The position numbers and the translations under genes are program-made. From an uncultured Oligoflexia bacterium (GTDB lineage Bacteria; Bdellovibrionota; UBA1018; UBA923), in contig CAZYPH010000001.1 of assembly GCA_964649095.1 (NCBI GenBank), positions 1-60,891 of the forward strand: DNA of 60,891 bases. The letters are read 5' to 3'. A model generated the notes under the pieces. The model searched no databases. It was not told the DNA's origin and saw only the letters and a list, made by a program, of their open reading frames with translations. This document shows positions 47,633-56,517 of this stretch, piece after piece. Within the stretch, counting starts at the first letter, position 1. Each line of letters begins with the position of its first letter.

Positions 47633-49917
47633 AGATGGAGTCGTTTGATAATTCGATATTCGACAAATATAAAATTTTTGTAATATGCGGCTCTGGTGGC
47701 GTGGGCAAAACTACGACCTCTGCCGCGCTCGCTATCAAAGCAGCCATTTACGGTAAAAAGGCCATCGTCATTACTATTGACCCCGCTAAACGTTTAGCTA
47801 CTTCTCTCGGGCTCGATACGATTTCTAATACTCCGTTAGATCTTACAAAATCGCTCAATCTAGAAACCTCACACCTGGGTCAATTTTTTGCGGTGACTCC
47901 TGACACTGCCAAAACATTTGAGCAGTTTGTGCGTTCCGTTGGTAGCGGTAAAAGCGACTCTGTCGAACGCATTCTAAAAACCTCGATTTATAAAATCTTT
48001 ACGCAAGATTTTTCAGGCTCTCATGAATACATGGCTATGGAAAAACTGCACTCGCTTGCGCGAGACGGCCATTATGACTGCATTATTTTAGACACACCTC
48101 CGTCCGTAAATACAAAATCATTTTTGGAAGCCCCGAACAACTTGTCGCAGTTTTTTGATGACTCGAACGTCAAGTGGCTGATTGAACCGCTCCTAAATAA
48201 ATCATCAAAACTGCTTTCTAGTGGCGTACAAAAATTAGTCGAAATTTTAGAAAAATTAACGGGCAAGGGGTTTATCGGGGATTTATTAGAGTTTTCATCG
48301 AGTATGTTTGAACTCAAAACACAGTTCAAAAAAAATCTCGACCTAGTTGAAACACTATTACACGACAAACAAACGGCCTTTTACATGGTTAGCACCCCAG
48401 AGCGATTTTCAATTGAAGAGACCATGACGTTTGTCGATCTTTTAAAAGATCGAAAATTTCGATTTGAAGGATTTATCTTTAACAAGCTGCTGTCATTGTA
48501 TCTAGGTGACGAAGCCCAGACACTAAAAACTCAAAACCTAAAAGAAGTCTCGTTTGAAATGGGCCTGGCGCAGAAAAAGCTCCTAACCGAAGAACACACC
48601 TACGAGGTCGTGAAAGACTACCACAACACATTTATCGGCATCGCTGAACAAACTGAAGACGTGCACTCTATCGATGCACTTAAGAAGCTGACGATGGACT
48701 TTAGACATATTCTGTTATCGTTATGTATTTTCTTTACGTTGGGTGCTCAGGCGGCACCGCAAAAAACCATAACGACTTCGGATAGTAACGAAACAACCTT
48801 CAATAACTTAACAGCCTCGTCTGATAGCGTTCGTTTTGATTTTCCATTTTTATTCTCAGAGTTATCGTTTAGCCCAAAACCACTTATCCAAGATGGCCAG
48901 CATGAACTACAAGTATTTCTTAAAGAGGCTTCTGACCTAAAAGAGCGAGTCAACCAATTTGCGCAACAAACATTGAGTGCGGCCAGCACGATCTCAAATC
49001 ATAACGATCTGTTAGAAGCACTATCTCAGTTTGAAACCAAATATCAGACCCCAGGATTTGAATTAAAATTTCCACAAGAACATCAAGCATTAGCACGCCT
49101 GATTTATGCTTACACGACTATTCAGAAAGCCCAGATTTACATACAAAAAAAGAAATATACAGAAGCTAATCTTTTATTAAGAAAAGCGCTTGAAAATGCG
49201 CATTGGTTAAAATTGAGCCAAACAAAGACCCATCAATTTAGCGCCAACACCCTAACTGCTTGGAGTCACTTTTTATATCTTCAAAGCCTGGCATTTCTTG
49301 GCCGCCATAACGAAGTTGTCGCCCATGAAAAAACGCTCAGCAGGTACAAGAACCTACTCAGCATCGAGCACTACGAATACGCACAGTACCTGACAGCACT
49401 TTCACTTCGTGAGTTAAACGAGATCAAACAAGCACATAGGCGTCTAAATACCGCTATGACTACTCTACGCAATGCCCATTCTACTCAAGCACTGATTATT
49501 CTGGGACACATCTATCGAGAGGAGAGTATTTATAAAATTCGTTTATGTGAAAAACAAAACCCCTTGCTAGAAGAAGTAGATGAGTATGTTTTTCTGAAAT
49601 TCTTGCACCACTACACAAAATGCATCACACCAACCGTCTTACTATTATGTGAACAATCGCCATTGATTGCTCGAGCCAATAACACGGACAAAATAAATAA
49701 GTTACCGTCGGCGGGAGACCTAATTGAAGTGGCACAATCGTACCCGGGGCAACAGATAAAACATTCTCTCCGCGCACCCTCGGGCGACAAAAAACGCGCC
49801 AAAATGTCGGCCAAACAGAAACAATTTTTTGAATCAGAGCTAGGCAGCCTGATTGAAACCAAAGTAAAAGATCTAAAAGATACTCTTGCCGCACAGTGTG
49901 CGCTGCAAAAGAAATAG
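47629..49917 (+). CDS. ArsA/Get3-family ATPase (partner 2) fused in frame to a signal-anchor and a ~385-aa helical/TPR-like domain
   Basis: FVICGSGGVGKTTTSAAL, TIDPAKRLATSLGL and ILDTPP in aa 1-~350. From aa 356: MDFRHILLSLCIFFTLGAQAAPQ (a signal-peptide or TM-like segment), then a helical-repeat C-terminus. Confidence 0.7.
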   Translation: MKMESFDNSIFDKYKIFVICGSGGVGKTTTSAALAIKAAIYGKKAIVITIDPAKRLATSLGLDTISNTPLDLTKSLNLETSHLGQFFAVTPDTAKTFEQFVRSVGSGKSDSVERILKTSIYKIFTQDFSGSHEYMAMEKLHSLARDGHYDCIILDTPPSVNTKSFLEAPNNLSQFFDDSNVKWLIEPLLNKSSKLLSSGVQKLVEILEKLTGKGFIGDLLEFSSSMFELKTQFKKNLDLVETLLHDKQTAFYMVSTPERFSIEETMTFVDLLKDRKFRFEGFIFNKLLSLYLGDEAQTLKTQNLKEVSFEMGLAQKKLLTEEHTYEVVKDYHNTFIGIAEQTEDVHSIDALKKLTMDFRHILLSLCIFFTLGAQAAPQKTITTSDSNETTFNNLTASSDSVRFDFPFLFSELSFSPKPLIQDGQHELQVFLKEASDLKERVNQFAQQTLSAASTISNHNDLLEALSQFETKYQTPGFELKFPQEHQALARLIYAYTTIQKAQIYIQKKKYTEANLLLRKALENAHWLKLSQTKTHQFSANTLTAWSHFLYLQSLAFLGRHNEVVAHEKTLSRYKNLLSIEHYEYAQYLTALSLRELNEIKQAHRRLNTAMTTLRNAHSTQALIILGHIYREESIYKIRLCEKQNPLLEEVDEYVFLKFLHHYTKCITPTVLLLCEQSPLIARANNTDKINKLPSAGDLIEVAQSYPGQQIKHSLRAPSGDKKRAKMSAKQKQFFESELGSLIETKVKDLKDTLAAQCALQKK

Positions 49918-49937
49918 TAATTTTGGATTTTGATTTT

Positions 49938-51248
49938 ATGAAAACCTCGATTGATCGCAGTTTTGATGATGTTTTTTTGTGTGTGCGTTCGCGCTTAAAA
50001 GATTACTTATTAAAGGAATACTGCCGATGTCCCGACACCAATAATATCGACACTAGTAGATTTTTAGATTTTTTTTCTCTCTACTTAGACTCCCACACCC
50101 CTACCAAGTCGCACACCTTATATAGCTCTTTTGATATTCGTGACGCGGGTTTTAAGATTGCACCGGTAGATGCTAATATCTACCCCGCCGGTTTTAATAA
50201 CATCTGTCCGATTGATATTGAGAATAGCAGCCCAATCGTTGAGAGCTACTTTTCGTCGATCGGCTTCAAGCCGAAGCGGCTCCTGATCTTTCCAGAGGCT
50301 CATACCAAGAACCATTTTTACATCGACAATTTACTGGCTTTAAAATCGCTTTTTGAAAAAATTAATATAGAAACACGTATTGGTTGGGTCGGGCATGACC
50401 AGGTTTTAACCAATACCTCCGGCGTACAGGTTACCGCCCAAGCCATTCAACGCGATTCAGACCATGGCACTATCAGTTTGAATGACGGTTTTATGCCTGA
50501 GTTTGTCGTTTTAAATAACGACTGTTCGGCCGGCTTGCCCGATATTTTGTTAAATCTTACAATTCCGGTAGAACCATCACCGTTGTTAGGCTGGCACTCT
50601 CGTAGAAAACATAGTTTTTTTAATATATATAATAGTTTGGCAGAAACCCTGGCCACAGAGTGCCAAATAGACCCTTGGCATCTACAGGTCGATACCGCCC
50701 ATGTTAGCGACATCAATTTCGAATCTCAAAAAAGCTTAGATGACATGGCCGACGCTGCAGCAAAAATTTTAGCCCGTACTCAAACCAAATACAAAGAACA
50801 CAGTGTAACGGCTCAACCAAAAGTCTTTGTGAAAAGTGCGTCTGGTACGTATGGCATGGGTATCTTAGTCATTAACGATCCGAATGATTTACGCACTCTC
50901 AATCGCCGTGAAAAAAACAAAATGAGCGTAGGTAAAAATGCGCTAGAAGTACACGACGTCATTGTGCAAGAGGGTATTCCTACCCGCATGGGCGTTGATG
51001 GGGCTTCTGCAGAGCCTGTTGTCTATATGATTGGCAGTCGACTATTCGGTGGATTTCTTCGACTTAATGCCAGTCGTGACAATTTAGATAATCTCAACTC
51101 TAAGGGCATGGTGTTTGAGAAACTTTGTATGTCCGATTTGCGATTTGGTGCCGAGCGCGATGTAGAATTGGAATTAGTTTACGGAGCTATCGCCAAACTT
51201 TCTCAACGGGCGTTAACTCGAGAAATTGATATTGCTCTGCGTCGATAA
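49938..51248 (+). CDS. gshA: putative glutamate--cysteine ligase of the rare 'T. ferrooxidans-type' GshA family (ATP-grasp-like C-terminal half)
   Basis: FKIAPVDANIYPAGFNNI and VFVKSASGTYGMGILV resemble that family as I remember it. Context with cysteine-producing genes is consistent. Not verifiable here. Confidence 0.45.
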   Translation: MKTSIDRSFDDVFLCVRSRLKDYLLKEYCRCPDTNNIDTSRFLDFFSLYLDSHTPTKSHTLYSSFDIRDAGFKIAPVDANIYPAGFNNICPIDIENSSPIVESYFSSIGFKPKRLLIFPEAHTKNHFYIDNLLALKSLFEKINIETRIGWVGHDQVLTNTSGVQVTAQAIQRDSDHGTISLNDGFMPEFVVLNNDCSAGLPDILLNLTIPVEPSPLLGWHSRRKHSFFNIYNSLAETLATECQIDPWHLQVDTAHVSDINFESQKSLDDMADAAAKILARTQTKYKEHSVTAQPKVFVKSASGTYGMGILVINDPNDLRTLNRREKNKMSVGKNALEVHDVIVQEGIPTRMGVDGASAEPVVYMIGSRLFGGFLRLNASRDNLDNLNSKGMVFEKLCMSDLRFGAERDVELELVYGAIAKLSQRALTREIDIALRR

Positions 51249-51291
51249 AACAGAATTTTTTAAGTAGTGATCGTTATGGTATTTGTTGGGC

Positions 51292-52710
51292 ATGCAATCA
51301 ACAAATCATCTGAGCCCAGAATTATCTCAATTTAAAAACACCCATGACTCTGTCCTTGGTCTCATAGGCCACACACCACTTGTACGTCTCAATAAAGTCG
51401 CTGCCGGTGTGGCATCAGAAATCTATGCCAAGGTAGAATTTACCAATCCTGGTGGATCGGTAAAAGACCGTATTGGTTTAGCCATGATCGAAGACGCCGA
51501 AAAGCGCGGTGTTTTAAAACCAGGTGGCACCATCGTTGAATGCACGAGTGGCAACACCGGTATGGGTTTAGCGATTGCAGCTGCTATAAAAGGCTACCGT
51601 TGTGTTTTTGTTCTACCAGATAAGATGTCGACGGAGAAAATCAGAAATCTTCGCGCGTTTGGGGCTCGTGTCGTAGTAACGCCGACCAATGTGGAGCCCG
51701 ATGATCCGCGTTCCTATTACTCTGTGGCGCGACAAATCGCCAAAGAAACGCCCAATGCCGTCCACCTAAATCAGTATGACAATTTGTCGAACCGCGAGGC
51801 GCATTTCGCCACAACAGGTCCTGAGCTTTTTGAACAAACCAACGGCGGCCAATTTGACGCTTTTGTTGCCGGAATGGGTACGGGCGGAACGATTAGCGGC
51901 ATTGCGCAGTTCTTAAAAAAGAAGAAATCGTCCATACAGATTGTGGGCGTAGACCCGATTGGGTCGATCTTATTTGACCACTTCAAAACAGGGTCGAAGG
52001 CTGTAGCCGCTCCGTATAAAATAGAGGGCATTGGCGAAGACTTTATACCAAAGAACTACGATTTTTCGGTAATCGACGACATGGTGCAAGTGAACGACAA
52101 AGAAAGTTTTGTCATGACGCGTCGGTTATTACATGAAGAAGGTCTTTTTGTAGGTGTCTCTTGTGGTGCTGCTGTTTGTGGTGCAATCAAATACGCCCAA
52201 ACATTAAAGACACCGAAACGCATCATTGTGCTGTTACCCGATAGCGGCAATCGCTACCTATCAAAAGTATTTGATGACGACTGGATGCGTGAAAATGGCT
52301 TCTTAGATTCGGGTTGGGGCACAGTGGCTGATTTACTATTAGGGGTCAAGTCACATAGCGGTCCAATTATATATACAAAACCTGATAGTTCGATTGAAGA
52401 AGTTATTAACCTCATGAAAGACAAAGGCTTTAGCCAAATTCCAGTCATTGAGAACAATCAAGTAGTGGGTTTAGTAAACGAAACACATCTACTCAGTGCT
52501 TTATTTTCAGGGCGTCTAAAGTCTAATGACCGCGTCATTGCCGTAGCAGAAAGTAATTTCGCCGTGTTGTCACCAAGCGATCCTGTCGAACGTGTGAGCC
52601 AAGCCATTACGGCTGGCCAAACACCGATTGTACAAAACCAACACAACGGCCTGACCATCATTACTAAAATTGACTTAATTACCTATCTAGGCAATCGCAC
52701 TAAACATTAA
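51292..52710 (+). CDS. cystathionine beta-synthase (PLP domain plus C-terminal CBS pair)
   Basis: PLP-lysine motif NPGGSVKDRI, TSGNTG, GTGGTISG, and a C-terminal CBS pair (FSQIPVIENNQVVGLV...). Confidence 0.85.
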   Translation: MQSTNHLSPELSQFKNTHDSVLGLIGHTPLVRLNKVAAGVASEIYAKVEFTNPGGSVKDRIGLAMIEDAEKRGVLKPGGTIVECTSGNTGMGLAIAAAIKGYRCVFVLPDKMSTEKIRNLRAFGARVVVTPTNVEPDDPRSYYSVARQIAKETPNAVHLNQYDNLSNREAHFATTGPELFEQTNGGQFDAFVAGMGTGGTISGIAQFLKKKKSSIQIVGVDPIGSILFDHFKTGSKAVAAPYKIEGIGEDFIPKNYDFSVIDDMVQVNDKESFVMTRRLLHEEGLFVGVSCGAAVCGAIKYAQTLKTPKRIIVLLPDSGNRYLSKVFDDDWMRENGFLDSGWGTVADLLLGVKSHSGPIIYTKPDSSIEEVINLMKDKGFSQIPVIENNQVVGLVNETHLLSALFSGRLKSNDRVIAVAESNFAVLSPSDPVERVSQAITAGQTPIVQNQHNGLTIITKIDLITYLGNRTKH

Positions 52711-52721
52711 GAAATAACTAT

Positions 52722-53888
52722 ATGAAATCAGATACCGAGAATTTGAAGTTCGACACTAAAGCCATCCACGCAGGCCAAAGCCCAGACCCGTCGACCGGGG
52801 CCGTGATGACGCCCGTCTACTTAACATCTACGTATGCCCAGCAGTCACCCGGTGTGCATTTGGGGTATGAGTATTCACGCACACAAAATCCTACGCGTAA
52901 GGCTCTCGAAGATTGTATCGCGGCACTAGAATCTGGAACGTATGGACTTGCCTTTTCCTCTGGCTGCGCGGCCTTGACCACTCTTTTGCTAACACTCAAT
53001 GCGGGCGATCACGTATTGTGTTCTGATGATTTGTACGGCGGCACGTTCCGTTTGTTTGATAAAGTATTTAAACGCTTTCAATTGAAGTTTACGTACGTCG
53101 ACTTGAGCGATCTAACTGCGGTTCGGGCTGCATTGGCTCAACACAAAACAAAATTAATTTGGGCCGAGACACCGACAAATCCGATGTTAAAAATCTGTGA
53201 CATCAAAGCACTGGCCGGTTTAGCAAAACAACATGGCGCCCTACTAGGTGTCGATAATACGTTTATGAGTCCGTATTTTCAGCGGCCATTAGAGTTGGGG
53301 GCCGATGTCGTCATGCACTCCGGCACCAAATACTTAAACGGACACTCTGACGTGGTGTGTGGTGTGTTGGTTACAAACCATGATGCGCTAGCGAAGGAAC
53401 TGTACTTTCACCAGAATGCGGCCGGTGCTGTATTGGGCCCTCACGACGCGTTTTTAGTTTTAAGAGGATTAAAGACCCTGCACCTACGCATGGAACGACA
53501 CGCCAGTAACGCGGCAAAAATTGCCGTTTTTTTACAAGAACATCAAAAAGTGAAATCCGTCTTGTACCCCGGCTTAAAAAACCACCCACAACATGCCATC
53601 GCAACTGCACAAACATTGGGCCATAGTGGAATGATTACGTTCTTCTTAGATTCTGACTTAGCCGGTTGTCGGCGTTTTCTCGAAGCACTACGTGTCTTTA
53701 CGTTGGCAGAGAGTTTAGGTGGTGTGGAATCGTTGGTCGATCATCCGGCGATTATGACCCACGCGTCGATTCCGTTAGCAACGAGGCAGCAGTTGGGCAT
53801 TGAAGATAATTTAGTGCGCTTATCGGTAGGTGTTGAAGACTGTGATGACTTGTTAAGTGATTTAACGCAGGCGTTGAAGGCGGTCTGA
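52722..53888 (+). CDS. cystathionine gamma-lyase / gamma-synthase family PLP enzyme
   Basis: Cys/Met-metabolism PLP signature HSGTKYLNGHSDV. 388 aa. Confidence 0.88.
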   Translation: MKSDTENLKFDTKAIHAGQSPDPSTGAVMTPVYLTSTYAQQSPGVHLGYEYSRTQNPTRKALEDCIAALESGTYGLAFSSGCAALTTLLLTLNAGDHVLCSDDLYGGTFRLFDKVFKRFQLKFTYVDLSDLTAVRAALAQHKTKLIWAETPTNPMLKICDIKALAGLAKQHGALLGVDNTFMSPYFQRPLELGADVVMHSGTKYLNGHSDVVCGVLVTNHDALAKELYFHQNAAGAVLGPHDAFLVLRGLKTLHLRMERHASNAAKIAVFLQEHQKVKSVLYPGLKNHPQHAIATAQTLGHSGMITFFLDSDLAGCRRFLEALRVFTLAESLGGVESLVDHPAIMTHASIPLATRQQLGIEDNLVRLSVGVEDCDDLLSDLTQALKAV

Positions 53889-53997
53889 TAATTTAAGTTG
53901 TTTAGGTTTGGGGGCGGAAAGAACCACTATACAGTGTTCAATACGCATCTTAGGTGAATTAAGTTCACCCGCCCCTCACACAACTAAGAAGAATTAC

Positions 53998-54078
53998 TTA
54001 TTTCTTCTTGCGCTTAGCAGTAGTTTTGCGCTTAGTTTTACGAGCGGTTTTTTTCTTTGCAGCTTTTTTACGTTTCAT
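53998..54078 (-). CDS. 26-aa poly-basic micro-protein MKRKKAAKKKTARKTKRKTTAKRKKK
   Basis: Not in the ORF track because it is too short. ATG at 54078 is preceded by AAAGGAGGG with a 7-nt spacer; TAA stop at 54000..53998. It is co-directional with, and 45 nt downstream of, the PP2C gene. Confidence 0.45.
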   Translation of the reverse strand: MKRKKAAKKKTARKTKRKTTAKRKKK

Positions 54079-54123
54079 GTTTATGCCCTCCTTTCTCGTT
54101 ATTTAAAGTGTAAGTCGAATTGG

Positions 54124-55311
54124 TTATTTTGCAAGCCTCAGAATTTTCTCATCAACATGCACACACATGATCGAACAATCTTGTGTCGGCATCTCTAATT
54201 CGTGATCAAATTTCTTTCTGGCAGCAAAACAAAATTCATTTATAAGATCTAAAACGTCAGAATCAGCACAACCCGAAATCACTGTCTGTAGCCGATCTTC
54301 AGACTCAAATGATTTCTTAAAACCATCTGAAAACAACAAAAGTCTATCGCCCGCACGAAGTGAAAACGACTCTTCTTTGATGGAATTCTTCCCTTCTTTT
54401 GTCATCGGATCTAAGTCTTTCGACCTCTTCAGGTAGGAAAAATCTTTCGAGTAGTGATACAAATCTAACGAACCAATTGATGCAAATTTTAGATCAAGCG
54501 TTTTTCTATTCAGAATTATATATATTAATGACAACGATTCATTCTCTTTAATGACACTTTGTAGTTCCGTACTGATCTTCTTTAGCGTCGCCTTCGGAGA
54601 AAAATCATTCTGCGACTGCGTTACTCTTAAGGTCATTCTCAAAAGAACCGCTAGAAACGATGATGATAGCCCGTAGCCCGTTGCATGACTCATCAAGATA
54701 CCAACGTGCGTTTTATCGTCGAACTCAAAAAAATCCAGATAATCGCCGCCGGGTTTTAATCCAGAAAAATAGCGGTGCATGACATCTAAACCCGATACCG
54801 ACTCGAATTTTTTCGGAATTAAAGACTCTTGAATACTACGCGTAAGATTTAGATCTTGCTGATACTGTTCAAGAATTTCTTTAACATCCCCAGTTAGATC
54901 ACCAATCTCTTGGTGCTGAGTCGTCTGCGATTTCCAAAAACGCCACACACGAGCAAGGTCTAGTTTTCGTAGGGGTAAATATAATAAATCACTAATATTG
55001 TTTTTTATTGCAGACTTTAAAACGATCTGTTCTTGATCGGCTCGTAACTTCAGGTCTTCTGATAACAGAAACGTTACGGTAGCGGCGCTATTCTGCAGGT
55101 GTTCTAGTTCGGCGTCGTTGATCAACACGGTCGTCAAATCGATTAGTACCAGTTTATTCGGCTCGTTGTGTTTGCCAGTATTTTCTAGTTTGCTTTCGAC
55201 GGCGATGTCATTAGCGATACTTGCCGGAAAGTAACCTTCCCGCGCGCCATCTAAAAACCCATCACGCAATTCATCTACTACTTGTGTCGATCGACTGATG
55301 ATTAAGATCAT
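54124..55311 (-). CDS. PP2C/SpoIIE-family serine phosphatase with degenerate receiver-like N-terminal domain
   Basis: The C-terminal half has GGDYLDFFEFDD, ...RAGDRLLLFSDGF and QDCSIMCVHV (PPM/SpoIIE pattern). The N-terminus MILIISRS...LVLIDL...FLLSED looks like a REC fold lacking the acidic pair. Confidence 0.78.
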   Translation of the reverse strand: MILIISRSTQVVDELRDGFLDGAREGYFPASIANDIAVESKLENTGKHNEPNKLVLIDLTTVLINDAELEHLQNSAATVTFLLSEDLKLRADQEQIVLKSAIKNNISDLLYLPLRKLDLARVWRFWKSQTTQHQEIGDLTGDVKEILEQYQQDLNLTRSIQESLIPKKFESVSGLDVMHRYFSGLKPGGDYLDFFEFDDKTHVGILMSHATGYGLSSSFLAVLLRMTLRVTQSQNDFSPKATLKKISTELQSVIKENESLSLIYIILNRKTLDLKFASIGSLDLYHYSKDFSYLKRSKDLDPMTKEGKNSIKEESFSLRAGDRLLLFSDGFKKSFESEDRLQTVISGCADSDVLDLINEFCFAARKKFDHELEMPTQDCSIMCVHVDEKILRLAK

Positions 55312-56420
55312 TTAAATAAGTTCCAAGTGTACTGAATACTAAATCGCGTATCTTGCTGCGATGTAGATGTATTACTTGTTTCGTCGGTATACACGGCAAA
55401 ATCTAAAGTACCGTTTCTACCATTTAATCCAAGACCGGCGGAAAAATGCCCTGCGGAGTAACCACCGCGTAGATGCAAAAAACGTTTAATACTAATTTCA
55501 CCACCAAAGTTAAACTTACGTGTCGTAACAGCACCCAATCGCTGAGTGGCATCACGCAGATCGGCCGTCCATCGGGTTTCGATATTTTTTCCGAAATAGA
55601 CGGTGGCGCTTGCACCAAGGTCTACAGTGCCTCCGCGATTATCAGCCAATTCACCAGAACCAAAGGCGGATACTAAACCTTTTTTAAATAACGTAGAGCC
55701 GGCATCGCGAAATACTGCAGAAAAGCTTGGTAAAAACTTAATGGGTAGGGTTAACGTCGCGCCAATATTTTTAGACAATCCGGTACCAGTCTGTACGGAA
55801 GATTTATAGTCTGTGGCCCCCGACGAAAACGTTTTGTCCATTTCACCAACATTCAATAGATGAACAGACGCACCAATTCGAATCACACCATCTAACAAAC
55901 GAAACGCTAATGCCGCTGTCGGCGCAAATCGATTCCGCACCCGCACGCGCGTCGACTGATCACTCGCATTGGTATAAGCCGACTGATTGACCTCATAGAG
56001 CATGCCTAATGAAAAACTACGTATAGTAAAATTAGGATATAATGAGAAGCGCCCGCCGTTCCAGCGACTTGCGCTCTTTTTTGAGGCGCCGGCAAGCGAT
56101 TCTACTGACGTAAAATTAAAATCACGAAACCGCGACATGTTTCCAAACAACATCTCCGACGTATCTAATTGAAAGTTGAGGGCCTGAATCTGCATTTTAT
56201 TTTCTTTAGCCGCCAGATTGCCTGGATTATAAAATACAGAATATGCACCACGCTCGGTATTAATACCGGTAGACCCCATCGCTAAACCACGGGTACTTGA
56301 AGAAATTTCTGTACGATAACGAATATCCCCAGCCCAAGCACTAACGATCGACGCCGTCATGCTCACGAAAGCATATATACAGAAAATTATATTTTTGAAG
56401 ATAACTCCGTCTACCCTCAC
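55308..56420 (-). CDS. outer-membrane beta-barrel protein (FadL/PorV-like N-terminal motif)
   Basis: Signal peptide ...ASIVSAWA, GLAMGSTGINTERGAYSVFYNPGNLA, and alternating strands throughout. ATGA overlap with the PP2C gene. Confidence 0.62.
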   Translation of the reverse strand: MRVDGVIFKNIIFCIYAFVSMTASIVSAWAGDIRYRTEISSSTRGLAMGSTGINTERGAYSVFYNPGNLAAKENKMQIQALNFQLDTSEMLFGNMSRFRDFNFTSVESLAGASKKSASRWNGGRFSLYPNFTIRSFSLGMLYEVNQSAYTNASDQSTRVRVRNRFAPTAALAFRLLDGVIRIGASVHLLNVGEMDKTFSSGATDYKSSVQTGTGLSKNIGATLTLPIKFLPSFSAVFRDAGSTLFKKGLVSAFGSGELADNRGGTVDLGASATVYFGKNIETRWTADLRDATQRLGAVTTRKFNFGGEISIKRFLHLRGGYSAGHFSAGLGLNGRNGTLDFAVYTDETSNTSTSQQDTRFSIQYTWNLFK

Positions 56421-56517
56421 GTAGTACGTGTCGGACGGACACAGGAATACTTAAAAAGAGTAGTCGTTTTAACCAATTAAACTGGGCAAAATGGACTTCT
56501 ATTTGTGTGGGTACAAA

